In this document: positions 19,917 through 29,643 of the stretch, in pieces
Numbering within the stretch: the stretch's first letter is position 1
How the letters are laid out: each line of letters opens with the position of its first letter
DNA from: an uncultured archaeon
GTDB lineage: Archaea > Asgardarchaeota > Lokiarchaeia > Sigyniarchaeales > SOKP01
Length of the DNA: 64,000 nt
Reading direction: 5' to 3'
Assembly (NCBI GenBank): GCA_964632315.1
Contig: CAZWEM010000013.1
Coordinates: 24,907-88,906 of the forward strand
Notes under the pieces: generated by a model
What the model was told of the DNA's origin: nothing
What the model saw: the letters and a program-made list of their open reading frames with translations, nothing else
The model's database searches: none
Made by a program: the position numbers and the translations under genes

Positions 19917-20612
19917 TTATTCTTCTTTTTTTGGCTTAAGAGAGTTGATAATCTTTATTATATCTTCAGCCAATTCATATCTTTGGTCTCGATATTTTTC
20001 ACGTGTAAGTCTTTTTTCTACCTTCAATGGGGTCCCAACTTTTACTCTCAAACCTGGACTATCAAATGTTCCAAATATTTTGCTTTTTTCAGTATAGATA
20101 GCTAAGGGGATAATTGGGGCATCTCCAGCAACCGCAAACTTTAAAATCCCTGCCATGGCTTTTATTTGGATATCGGGTTCTAATTTAGATTCAGGTGTCA
20201 TTGCTACTAAATCTCCTTCTTCATTAAGGTATTGAAACACCTTATCTATCGGTTCGGTATCGTCTTTATCTATTGTACTACGGAACATCCCTAAAGATTT
20301 CAATACAGGTCCATATATTTGATGTTTCATAAGTTTATGATGAACCATGAAGTGAATTCTCCTTCCTGAGACTTGGCTGATTATCGCCATATCTCGTAAG
20401 GCATTATCGCTAATGGTAGTTAAAATAGCTTTCCCTCTCAATGGGATGTTCTGTTTTCCTTCAATCTTAAGATCAGAAAATATGGTAAGTCCTAAACCGC
20501 TAATACCTTTCACTGCACCATACAAGACATCAAGCATGGTATCTTGATCGATTACTTTTTCCTTGCCTTCCGTTTCCGGAGTTTCTTGATTTCCAGACGC
20601 TGTGCCACTCAT
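19917..20612 (-). CDS. PlsC/LPLAT-family acyltransferase-like protein with degenerate catalytic motif
   Basis: IEGKQNIP..G, RIHFM, MTPE, APIIPLAI, VKVGTP; the HX4D site reads SDNALRD. Confidence 0.7.
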   Translation of the reverse strand: MSGTASGNQETPETEGKEKVIDQDTMLDVLYGAVKGISGLGLTIFSDLKIEGKQNIPLRGKAILTTISDNALRDMAIISQVSGRRIHFMVHHKLMKHQIYGPVLKSLGMFRSTIDKDDTEPIDKVFQYLNEEGDLVAMTPESKLEPDIQIKAMAGILKFAVAGDAPIIPLAIYTEKSKIFGTFDSPGLRVKVGTPLKVEKRLTREKYRDQRYELAEDIIKIINSLKPKKEE

Positions 20613-21086
20613 GAGTGATCATCCAAAAATATCGAGTTACTTTCCTAATTTATTTTAATTAAATGCTTATTTTTTTAATTAAATAAAAATCTAATCATAC
20701 AAAAGACACACAGAATAGTGTTATTATGCAAACATAAGAATTTTAATAATAATTATCTATCTATTAACCTCAATTACGTCAACGATCCACTCTGGATCAT
20801 TGATTCTCAAAATTAAGTCTTGTTATTTTAAAAAATAGATGGATTTCACAGAAATTTCCCCCTTAAAGTACTTCTTTTCGCCTTCCTTATTAAATCCTAC
20901 GGATACTTTGGTTTAGTTGTATATTTTTTCTTAGCATTAAGAAAAAAACCGTCCAAACTATTAAGAGATAAAAGTATCTAAAGATAAGTAAAAAAGCAAA
21001 TGAGATCGTTAAAAACCCTTCTAGTTGAAACTTCATGCATGTTTCACTGGTTTTACTTAATTAACTATTTTCTAAAGAAAAAGGCA

Positions 21087-21632
21087 TTACTCTCGTACTT
21101 TTTCTCTAATTGATAATTTTCTAATATTCGGGTATTCTTCTTCAAATTTATGTAAGATCTCTTTACATGATTTGCATATTGATCCTTCTGATACTATTAG
21201 TACTTCTCCATCTAAGAGTTTTTCCAACTCCCACAAATCTGCCATGGTAACAATCAATTTTCTTACTGCATGATACCATTCTTTATCTCCTGCTACATTC
21301 TTTACCTTAAACACTTTAGAAACAGGCGATATTGGATCGATGATTATGTCTTTTTTTCCATTTTTTGTTTCTATTATTGCAGTCCCCGGTATGAATTGCT
21401 TACCTTCGATTGCCATGATATACCCTTTATGGACTACATTTTCAGGAAATGTGTAATTGAATTTAACATAAGCTATATTCCCACTATCTTTATGCCACCC
21501 TTGTACTTTTCTCACATTTTCAATGATGATTTGGTCAGAGAAATTCGAACTTTTTTCAATGTTTAGTTTCTGTTTTATAGCGTCAATGAGCTCTTGATCG
21601 GATAAATTTTCTGATGATACTACCCAAGTCAT
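21087..21632 (-). CDS. Polymorphic-toxin-type nucleic acid deaminase domain, possibly inactive
   Basis: GNIAY, HAVRK (HAExK site), GEVLIVSE..ICKSCK.IL.KF...YPNI; frame open upstream to CTG at 21698. Confidence 0.6.
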   Translation of the reverse strand: MTWVVSSENLSDQELIDAIKQKLNIEKSSNFSDQIIIENVRKVQGWHKDSGNIAYVKFNYTFPENVVHKGYIMAIEGKQFIPGTAIIETKNGKKDIIIDPISPVSKVFKVKNVAGDKEWYHAVRKLIVTMADLWELEKLLDGEVLIVSEGSICKSCKEILHKFEEEYPNIRKLSIREKVRE

Positions 21633-21836
21633 CCTATTTTGATATTTTTCTAATTCCGCAGTGGATAGAAATTCAATTTTATTCTTCTCATCATTCAGAA
21701 TGGATTAGCACCTAAAATTTCGTTTTATTTTTAATCAATGAATATAATCCTTATAAACGTTTCAGATCTTCATTTCATAATTTTATTTTATCAACAAATA
21801 ACCAAAAAAGTGAATAAAAAAATTATAATTGATATT

Positions 21837-23510
21837 TTATACGTCTTTCACATCATACATGAGTAAACTCTTTAATTGAGCCATCATGTTATCCGTTAAA
21901 CGTTTTAATTCGTCATATTCGGGCATTGTTTTTCCCCAATATTGCTTATGTTCCATGAAGGGAGGTCCGGCTTTTAAGATACTTCCCTTATAAAAATTTA
22001 ACATTTTAGCATGTTTAGGATAAGTATCTTCTGTACCCGTAATACCAATTAAACAAATCGGGACTTGTTTTTCAATTGCTAATCGTACTGCTCCTGTATG
22101 GCCTTCTAGTATCTGACCCCCTCCAAGATTAGTGGTTCCTTCGGGATATATGCATACCAACTGTCCTTTATCTAAGAGATCTCTTGCAAAGTTAAAAGAA
22201 TCGACATCATGCTGACCTCGCTTCAAAGGAAACGCATGATGATTTCTAATCCAGGCATTTACGATTGGAATCTTGAATAAGGATTGCTTGGACATTTGAT
22301 AGATAACCCGGCGTGGTTCATTGTAAATGATGCTCGTAGCTAAAAGAATGACATCCCATTCGGAATTATGGGTTGTGCATAATACGGCTGAACCTGTTTT
22401 TGGAAGGTATTTATCAAAATCAATCGCCTTATAGGGGATCATTACTTGATTCCAGTTATGCACGATTTCACCGGATATAGTGTAAACTACTTTTTGGAAT
22501 TGTTCCCTCAAACCAAATTCTTCTAAAGATCGTAAGAATCCATACCAGATGTCGTCGATGGACCATAATGCCCCCATCGTAAAATCTTTAAACCACTTTT
22601 TAATATTAAATGACTCTTTCTTTTCAGGTTGTTGCGCTGATTCTGCTAATTCTTCTTCGGTCTTTCCATAGGTCCCCTCACGGAGCTCAAATACAATAGT
22701 GCGAAGCTCTTCGGTAAGTTTTCGTATGTCTTCATAACTTACTTTATTGGTATCATATTTATCATAATAGAGAGGATCACCAACCCTAGCAAAAACGTGA
22801 GTCGGCTTCATCATGAGGCCTCCTTTTGGTAATGCTTTATCTGAACCTATGATTGCCATTGGTACTATTGGTACTCCCGTCTCAATTGCTAATCTCACTG
22901 CACCAGTTTTGAACTGGCCCAATTCTCCTTCTGTTGAACGAGTACCCTCTGGAAAAATTCCAACCCACTCACCTTGATCTAATATCTCTTTTGCTTTCTT
23001 CCATCCTAACGCGGGATTATCTCGATCTAGTTTGAAAGCACCAAGATTCGTGAATAAACTTCTCACTATTGGGGTTTTAAAATTGTCTAATTTACTCATA
23101 AAACGGATTTTCCTATGGCAAGCCATACCACAGAAAAATGGGTCAATGTGGCTCTGATGATTGCTGACAACGATACCTGGGCCATAATCAGGAAACATAT
23201 TTCCTTTAGGATAATAATATTTGAAATTCCACAGTACACGCCCAATAAATTTTATATAAAACGTGGCTAGCCACCATTGAAGCCTCTGCTCCGTGAATTC
23301 AACATCTAATCGTCGAATAACTTCACGATATTGGTCATTCAAGAAATCTATAGGATTATTCTTTAGTAATTTATAGAGAAAATTTTCATGACCTTTTTCA
23401 TATTGCAGGTCTTCTTTCATTTTTTCCTCGAGGATCTTCTCGTGGTTGACTTCCCCGTAGGATTCATACGCCTCATAATCGCGTTTTTCGAGTTCTACCA
23501 TTTTTAGCAC
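21837..23510 (-). CDS. Tandem double PlsC/LPLAT acyltransferase
   Basis: Domain 1: NHQSHID, FPEGTRS, VPIVP. Domain 2: THNSEWD, YPEGT, VPICL. Confidence 0.9.
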   Translation of the reverse strand: MLKMVELEKRDYEAYESYGEVNHEKILEEKMKEDLQYEKGHENFLYKLLKNNPIDFLNDQYREVIRRLDVEFTEQRLQWWLATFYIKFIGRVLWNFKYYYPKGNMFPDYGPGIVVSNHQSHIDPFFCGMACHRKIRFMSKLDNFKTPIVRSLFTNLGAFKLDRDNPALGWKKAKEILDQGEWVGIFPEGTRSTEGELGQFKTGAVRLAIETGVPIVPMAIIGSDKALPKGGLMMKPTHVFARVGDPLYYDKYDTNKVSYEDIRKLTEELRTIVFELREGTYGKTEEELAESAQQPEKKESFNIKKWFKDFTMGALWSIDDIWYGFLRSLEEFGLREQFQKVVYTISGEIVHNWNQVMIPYKAIDFDKYLPKTGSAVLCTTHNSEWDVILLATSIIYNEPRRVIYQMSKQSLFKIPIVNAWIRNHHAFPLKRGQHDVDSFNFARDLLDKGQLVCIYPEGTTNLGGGQILEGHTGAVRLAIEKQVPICLIGITGTEDTYPKHAKMLNFYKGSILKAGPPFMEHKQYWGKTMPEYDELKRLTDNMMAQLKSLLMYDVKDV

Positions 23511-23752
23511 TTTTAAAATATTAAAATAAGGGATAAAAATTAATAATACACGTGAAATAACGTTATTTTTTACTATTAAATTTACTAAAATACCCTTTTA
23601 TATAAAAAGCTATTGACTACTGTAATATGCGATCGAGTATGAAACATGAAAAAAGACCTAGATTACTTTTAAAAGAGATTGATCATTTAGGAATGAAATT
23701 TCTAATTCAATAATTATTAAAGGCTTACTTCAGCTTTTTCACCAAAATGAAT

Positions 23753-24535
23753 TTAGGAATTTACTTTCATGCTCTCTTGAGAATTAGGATCTTCGACTAT
23801 TCTTTTTTCAATAATATCGATAAGCTGATTGAGATTATCAATTATCATGTTAGGCTCGAAATTTGAAAGTATTTCCCTACTACTTACACCAGTCATAACC
23901 GCAATAGTCCAAATTCCTGCTTCATTCCCGGCTTCTATATCGGAGGGCATATCTCCAATCATTATGAATTCATTTGCTTTTTTTGATCTATAGTTTTCAA
24001 AAATTGGATTTAATGATTCAGGATCTGGCTTTAAGGCGGGAAGCAAATCAGTTCCATATATACCTTTAAAAAAACCTTTTATCTTATGTTTTTCAAGATG
24101 TTCCATGATGTTTTTAGTTTGATTGTGAGACACGATAAAAAGATCAAACGACTTTTTCAGTTTTTTTAATATATTAACCGTATCAGGAAAAAGAGGTGCT
24201 TCTTTGGCATAGGTTAGATAACGCGAGAAAATTTTCGTCGCTATTTCCAACTTTTTCATAAAGGAAAGTGATTGAAGAGACGTGATATGTTTGAACATCT
24301 CATGAGATTGAAGTATGATTTTTGGTAATGGATACCCTTGAATTGTTTCCATGAGTGCGCCAATTTCTTGAATAGTTGAATCAATTTCCGCATTAATTTT
24401 ATTATCACTATAAATTTCATCAATGGAATTTCTTAATGGTTCGCTGATATCTAAAAGTGTCCCATCAAAATCGAAAATGATCCCTTTAATATCTCCATTT
24501 TGCAGTCGTTTAATTAACTGTTTATCTGAAACCAT
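23753..24535 (-). CDS. HAD-superfamily phosphatase (Gph-like)
   Basis: FDFDGTL, VSH, KPDP, IGDMPSDIEAG. Confidence 0.9.
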   Translation of the reverse strand: MVSDKQLIKRLQNGDIKGIIFDFDGTLLDISEPLRNSIDEIYSDNKINAEIDSTIQEIGALMETIQGYPLPKIILQSHEMFKHITSLQSLSFMKKLEIATKIFSRYLTYAKEAPLFPDTVNILKKLKKSFDLFIVSHNQTKNIMEHLEKHKIKGFFKGIYGTDLLPALKPDPESLNPIFENYRSKKANEFIMIGDMPSDIEAGNEAGIWTIAVMTGVSSREILSNFEPNMIIDNLNQLIDIIEKRIVEDPNSQESMKVNS

Positions 24536-24686
24536 GATTCAGCACTATTGATATGCTTAAGTATCTTTATTTAAAGCTTGCTTCTATAAAAACCTAATCA
24601 TACTAAAAAGTGTATTATATTCAGTAAATTTTATTCATTAGTGCAATTTCCAATGATTTGTGCAAGCACGATAATTTAAAATTTCA

Positions 24687-26147
24687 ATGCTCATTTTACC
24701 CACCATATTTATTTGGAAAGTGGGGAGGTTTGGCATGGAAGAAGTCGATCTTTTGAAACCGAAAGGACGGATCAGATTTAATAAGATTTTATGGCCAATT
24801 TACTTTCTTAATGGATTTCAAAGTGTCTTATGGGGCGGGATTACTTTTCTTATTGTTCCACTCGCAAGAATCATATGGGGGGATCCCGAACATGCATTAG
24901 AAATGGGCATTATCATAACCTCACTTTCATGGTCTGCGTCTATTTCAGGATTACTATTTGGTCATTTTATTGATAGATATTCTCGCAAATTAATAATCAT
25001 TATATTATCAGTGTTTAGGGGATTTTCTGCATTAATGCTGGGATTTGGAATAGAACAAGGTGGTACTGAAACATGGTTGTTCTTTCTTACATTTGTTTCT
25101 ATTTTTGGAGTATTTGCGGGCTTATCTTGGCCAGCCGTAATTTCATTGACTAACGATATTGTTCCCAAGGGTCAGAGATCCCGATTTTTTGGAATGTATG
25201 AACTTATTAGGTCTTTAACCATGACTTTAGGATTTCTCTTTGGAGCATTACTAGTTCAAATTGGATTTTGGAGACAATTCTTCTGGAGTGTAGGAGCAGG
25301 GATATTAATCTTTGGCGTTGTCTTTGCTATTCGTGTTGATGAACCCCCAAGAGGCGCTCAACAAGAGGAACTAGGGCATATAATGCAAGAGAATGTTATA
25401 TACGACTTCAAAATTAATCGAGAAATGATGAAAAGAACGATGTTAAGCAAGACCAACATGGCGGCTCTGATTGAAGGTATATTTACATGGATTTTAATGG
25501 GATCCATAAATTTTTTGATACTCAATTTAATTCAAAACGATCCTCATAACATTTCTGAATTTTCAACGAGCATATTCATGATTTGTTTCGGGTTAACAGG
25601 AGGAATAGTTGGCCAACTGGGCTTAGCGAGATTGAGTGATAAGTTAGCAATGAATAATTCAAAAATGAGAATATATATGATAATCGTTGCCATCATTGGA
25701 GGAATAGTGAGTTTCGCACTTTTTTTCTTTATCCCTTGGCCCCATTTAACTGTTGAGCAAGGAAAAGATGTTTTATATTTGATGACATTACCAATAATTT
25801 GGCTTATGGGTTCCATGTTTTTCTTTTCAAGATCTATTTTTTCATTATATATCGTAAACCAAAGTCCTGTTCTCCAACAAATCAACCTTCCAGAAGCTCA
25901 AGGTCAAATTGTTTCTTGGAACCAATTTTTAGAGAATTTTGGTCGTGGTATTGGTCCAACATTGAGTGGATTCATCCTCGTGTTCACTTTCTATGATTAT
26001 CGCCTTACAATTTTAATTTTGATTGCTTGTATTTTACCAGGGGCAATTTTGTGGTCTTTGGCAATAAAATGGTTCCCCCAAGATAGCCAGCAAATAAAAG
26101 ATATCTTAAATGAAAGAGCAATAATGTTAAAGGAAAGAAATAAATAA
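24687..26147 (+). CDS. MFS transporter
   Basis: Motif A G.FIDRYSRK; EPPRGA; about 12 TM. Confidence 0.85.
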   Translation: MLILPTIFIWKVGRFGMEEVDLLKPKGRIRFNKILWPIYFLNGFQSVLWGGITFLIVPLARIIWGDPEHALEMGIIITSLSWSASISGLLFGHFIDRYSRKLIIIILSVFRGFSALMLGFGIEQGGTETWLFFLTFVSIFGVFAGLSWPAVISLTNDIVPKGQRSRFFGMYELIRSLTMTLGFLFGALLVQIGFWRQFFWSVGAGILIFGVVFAIRVDEPPRGAQQEELGHIMQENVIYDFKINREMMKRTMLSKTNMAALIEGIFTWILMGSINFLILNLIQNDPHNISEFSTSIFMICFGLTGGIVGQLGLARLSDKLAMNNSKMRIYMIIVAIIGGIVSFALFFFIPWPHLTVEQGKDVLYLMTLPIIWLMGSMFFFSRSIFSLYIVNQSPVLQQINLPEAQGQIVSWNQFLENFGRGIGPTLSGFILVFTFYDYRLTILILIACILPGAILWSLAIKWFPQDSQQIKDILNERAIMLKERNK

Positions 26148-26286
26148 TTTTTAAGAAATTCTTTTGATTTTTAAACATTATTTAAATAACTGTACTTATA
26201 ATAAAGATTTAAATTCATAATCTTTCATGATATAGCTAGGTTTATCATTTTCATATATTAATTCAATATAACGTACTTTTATTATT

Positions 26287-26829
26287 ATGAATGAATATAA
26301 ATTCAAATTGTGCATAATCGGAGACGGAGGTGTAGGAAAAACCTCTCTTACACGCAGATATCTAGAAGGCGTATTTAAAGCTAATTGGAAAATGACGATC
26401 GGAGTCGATTTTTATCTTAAAAAGCTAAATTTTAATGATCAAAAAGTATCGCTTCAAGTGTGGGATTTCGCTGGAGAAGAAAAATTTAGGTTCCTATTAC
26501 CTGGTATTTTAATGGGTGCAAATGGGACTATTTTCATGTATGATATTACTAGATATTCTACGTTCAATAACTTAGATCATTGGTTAGAGGTATTTAATGA
26601 TACAAATAAAGAACACGGACAAGTTATCTCTAAAATTTTAGTCGGAAGTAAAACCGATTTAAATGATAATAGAGTAGTTTCTAAAGATGATGCGATAAGA
26701 TATGCCGAAAATGCGAACTTTTCAAACTATTTCGAATGTTCTTCTAAGAGCGGTGATAACGTAGAGGAAGTATTTGATAGAATCGCCAGAATAATGCTTG
26801 AACATGCAACTCAACTAAAAGTGAAATAA
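26287..26829 (+). CDS. Rab-like small GTPase
   Basis: GDGGVGKT, TIGVDF, WDFAGEE, SKTD, CSSK; no C-terminal prenylation cysteine. Confidence 0.92.
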   Translation: MNEYKFKLCIIGDGGVGKTSLTRRYLEGVFKANWKMTIGVDFYLKKLNFNDQKVSLQVWDFAGEEKFRFLLPGILMGANGTIFMYDITRYSTFNNLDHWLEVFNDTNKEHGQVISKILVGSKTDLNDNRVVSKDDAIRYAENANFSNYFECSSKSGDNVEEVFDRIARIMLEHATQLKVK

Positions 26830-27035
26830 AACTATTTTTATTAAAATTTTAAATGAACTATTTTTCCAGCTTTTATTCCCTCGATTTCACCCTACTAAGC
26901 TGAGATCGAATTAAAGTACTTAATCAATTGGAAAACACTTAATTTTAGCGAGCTGTAAAACTTTAATATCTTAAGTGCTTTTACAGAGTATAAACAATAT
27001 AATCTCTTTTTTATTATATTACTGAGTAAAGAATT

Positions 27036-28649
27036 ATGAAGTCAATGCACGAGTTAGGAACTCCAGTTCCCTCTAAACGCTCTTTAGTTGTAAGAAATAT
27101 TAAGGATGTCACGAAGGAACAGCGTGAAATTGCCTTAAGAAAAACTGAGTATAGTATGTTCTCATTTCCCGCTGACTTATTAGTCCTTGACTTTCTATCT
27201 GATAGTGGAACTACAACAATGACAGATTTGCAGTGGTCAGCGTTATTTCATGGTGATGAATCTTATGGTAGAAATAAAGGGTATTACGTTCTTCTTGATG
27301 CTATTAGAGATACTTTTGAACGAGGAAATCATCCAAAGAAATCTGTAGATCTCATATTATCTGGAGAAACAAATGTAAACAGACTAATGGATGAGTTATA
27401 CCTCACTTCATATAAAGGAGGCTTTGTAAATGGAGGAATTTATCAGCTTGAACGACCAAATAGTTTTATCGTACCTCAAGGGCGGTGTGCAGAAAATTTA
27501 CTATTTTCTACACTCCAACAAATAAAAAAAGAATTAAAAATAAAACAAGATTGGTACATCCCTAACAATGGACATTTTGATACAACTGAAGCCAATATCG
27601 CTGCTGCTGGCATGAATCCCGTTAATATGTTCTCAGATAGTTTATTTGAAGAATTTAATCTTGATGATATGGATAAGACTAATCCATTTAAAGGAAACAT
27701 GGAAGTAACGGATTTAGAAGATTTCCTCAATGATAGAGGTGTGGACTGCATTCCATTAATATATTTAACGGTTACAAACAATACAGCAGCGGGACAACCT
27801 GTTTCAATGAAAAATATTAAAGAGGTATATGATATAGCTAAAAATAATGAGATTCCCTTGTTTTTTGATGCTTGTAGATTTGCAGAAAACGCTATTTTTA
27901 TCAAGAAATTTGAAAAAGGTTATAATAAAATCTCAATCCCCGAAATTGTAAAGGAGATTTTCTCATATGCCGATGGCTTTACCATTAGCTTCAAAAAAGA
28001 TGGATTGGCAAATATGGGGGGAGGATTATTTTTCAAAGATAAAGGATTGTTTCATAGAAAGTTTTCTGAGAATAAAGACGTAGGGATCAGATTAAAAGAA
28101 CGCCAAATTCTTGCTTATGGGAATGATTCTTATGGCGGTTTATCAGGAAGGGATATTATGGCACTTGCAGTAGGCCTTTATGAAGTAATGCGAGAATCTT
28201 ATTTAAATGACCGGATTAGACTTGTTAGAGAATTCGCTTATAAATTAGCAAAAAATGGTGTTCCTGTAGTGTTACCCGCTGGAGGTCATGCGGTCTATCT
28301 AAATATGAATAAGTTTTTTGAAGGTACGAAAATGAGCCTTGATGAATTTGGGGGAGTTGGTTTTACCATAGAATTAGTAAGACATTATGGAATCAGAGGA
28401 GCTGAATTGGGACCTTTTGCATTTGAATGGGATAATAAAACCGAAGAGGAACGAAAAGGCATTTTAAACTTAGTTCGATTCGCAGTCCCACGAAATGTCT
28501 ATGAATCCTCCCACATTGATTATGCTGTAGCTGCGATTACTGAGCTATATAAAAATAAAGAACAAATTCCTAAAGTAAAGATTTCGCGTGGAGTAAAGTT
28601 AAGATTGCGACATTTTCAATCAGGTCTTGAGCCAGTATATGGTAAATAA
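27036..28649 (+). CDS. Tryptophanase / tyrosine phenol-lyase family beta-eliminating lyase
   Basis: DFLSDSGT, GDESY, QGRCAE, HFDTT, DACRFAENA, PLP lysine in SFKKDG, YGGLSGRD, GGHAV, LRHF. Confidence 0.88.
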   Translation: MKSMHELGTPVPSKRSLVVRNIKDVTKEQREIALRKTEYSMFSFPADLLVLDFLSDSGTTTMTDLQWSALFHGDESYGRNKGYYVLLDAIRDTFERGNHPKKSVDLILSGETNVNRLMDELYLTSYKGGFVNGGIYQLERPNSFIVPQGRCAENLLFSTLQQIKKELKIKQDWYIPNNGHFDTTEANIAAAGMNPVNMFSDSLFEEFNLDDMDKTNPFKGNMEVTDLEDFLNDRGVDCIPLIYLTVTNNTAAGQPVSMKNIKEVYDIAKNNEIPLFFDACRFAENAIFIKKFEKGYNKISIPEIVKEIFSYADGFTISFKKDGLANMGGGLFFKDKGLFHRKFSENKDVGIRLKERQILAYGNDSYGGLSGRDIMALAVGLYEVMRESYLNDRIRLVREFAYKLAKNGVPVVLPAGGHAVYLNMNKFFEGTKMSLDEFGGVGFTIELVRHYGIRGAELGPFAFEWDNKTEEERKGILNLVRFAVPRNVYESSHIDYAVAAITELYKNKEQIPKVKISRGVKLRLRHFQSGLEPVYGK

Positions 28650-28730
28650 TTTCTATTTTCAAACAAAATTTCTCGAATCAATTATGAACTATCTCAATTG
28701 ATTAAAAATAAGATAATAATTGAAATCTAA

Positions 28731-29048
28731 TTAAATATCCAGGGTTCTTAATCTTTGGGACATGTTCTTTCTTCTAAGGATTTTTATGAAATCGTTTTCC
28801 CTCTGTTTTAAGCGACTCAAAAAGCTATCAAGTTTATCAAAATTATTAAAGAAATGCTCTTTTCCATTCACAATTATTTTAACTCCTTTATGCTCACTGG
28901 TTAATATCGCATAAATCCCTCCTATTTCTGAATCGTGTTTAATAAATACTTTCATATCTTCATTCTCTCCCTTTTCATTCCCTTTCTTAGCCCAAAACTG
29001 ATTTTTTAAAAGATAACTTCTATACATGCTCATTTTTTTCACACACAA
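28731..29048 (-). CDS. Hypothetical protein
   Basis: 105-aa ORF with AAAGG upstream; no recognisable motif. Confidence 0.45.
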   Translation of the reverse strand: MCVKKMSMYRSYLLKNQFWAKKGNEKGENEDMKVFIKHDSEIGGIYAILTSEHKGVKIIVNGKEHFFNNFDKLDSFLSRLKQRENDFIKILRRKNMSQRLRTLDI

Positions 29049-29114
29049 CCTTTATTTTTTTCACGGATTATCGTGATATATGTAATACCAACCCATGAAA
29101 TAGTATCCTAGTAT

Positions 29115-29191
29115 TATAGGGTAAAGTACTTTTTTAGAACCATATGTTATGGGTATATAATCCACGTATTATGCTGTTTTTTTACCCTATA
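29115..29191. repeat. 11-bp inverted repeat TATAGGGTAAA / TTTACCCTATA with 55-bp spacer
   Basis: Arms read directly at 29115-29125 and 29181-29191. Confidence 0.6.
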
Positions 29192-29276
29192 TTATATCAC
29201 AAAACCTAGCTATAGTATATAAGTTACAAAGTAAAATCTTCGATACCAGTTAGTACAAGACAGTTTGGTACCGTCG

Positions 29277-29291
29277 ATTTCCAATGGAAAT
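29277..29291. promoter_or_regulatory. Dyad ATTTCCA-A-TGGAAAT
   Basis: Perfect 7-1-7 palindrome about 50 bp upstream of the ORF at 29343. Confidence 0.35.
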
Positions 29292-29342
29292 TAAAATTCG
29301 GTAGACCCCCCAGAGTTAAATAATAGGATGTGATCTCGCAAC

Positions 29343-29639
29343 TTGTCTGAAATGATGATGGAATCCACTTTTTATATCGATATATTTGACGAATATCTAC
29401 ATACCGAGGATGATCCTCAAAAAAAGTTTATGTGGGTGCTCAAATCGATCATAGATCTTATGCAGAAAGCAAAAGGGTTAGATGATGATTTTTGCGAAAA
29501 TGGATTAAGGATGATATTAACTCTTTTTAATGACTATAAGATTGAACCCTGGGAAATCCTCGTAAATGAAGAACAAAATGAAAAAAGTTTATTTGATGAT
29601 TCTGATCTTGTGAATATTCTATTCGAAGAAGTGAGTTAA
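29343..29639 (+). CDS. Hypothetical acidic protein
   Basis: 98-aa ORF with AGGATGTG SD-like site upstream. Confidence 0.55.
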   Translation: MSEMMMESTFYIDIFDEYLHTEDDPQKKFMWVLKSIIDLMQKAKGLDDDFCENGLRMILTLFNDYKIEPWEILVNEEQNEKSLFDDSDLVNILFEEVS

Positions 29640-29643
29640 TCCC

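Noticed and set aside
29277-29311. Replication origin
   Set aside because: Only one ORB-like dyad, G-string on the non-canonical side, and no cdc6/orc1 nearby; kept only as a low-confidence finding
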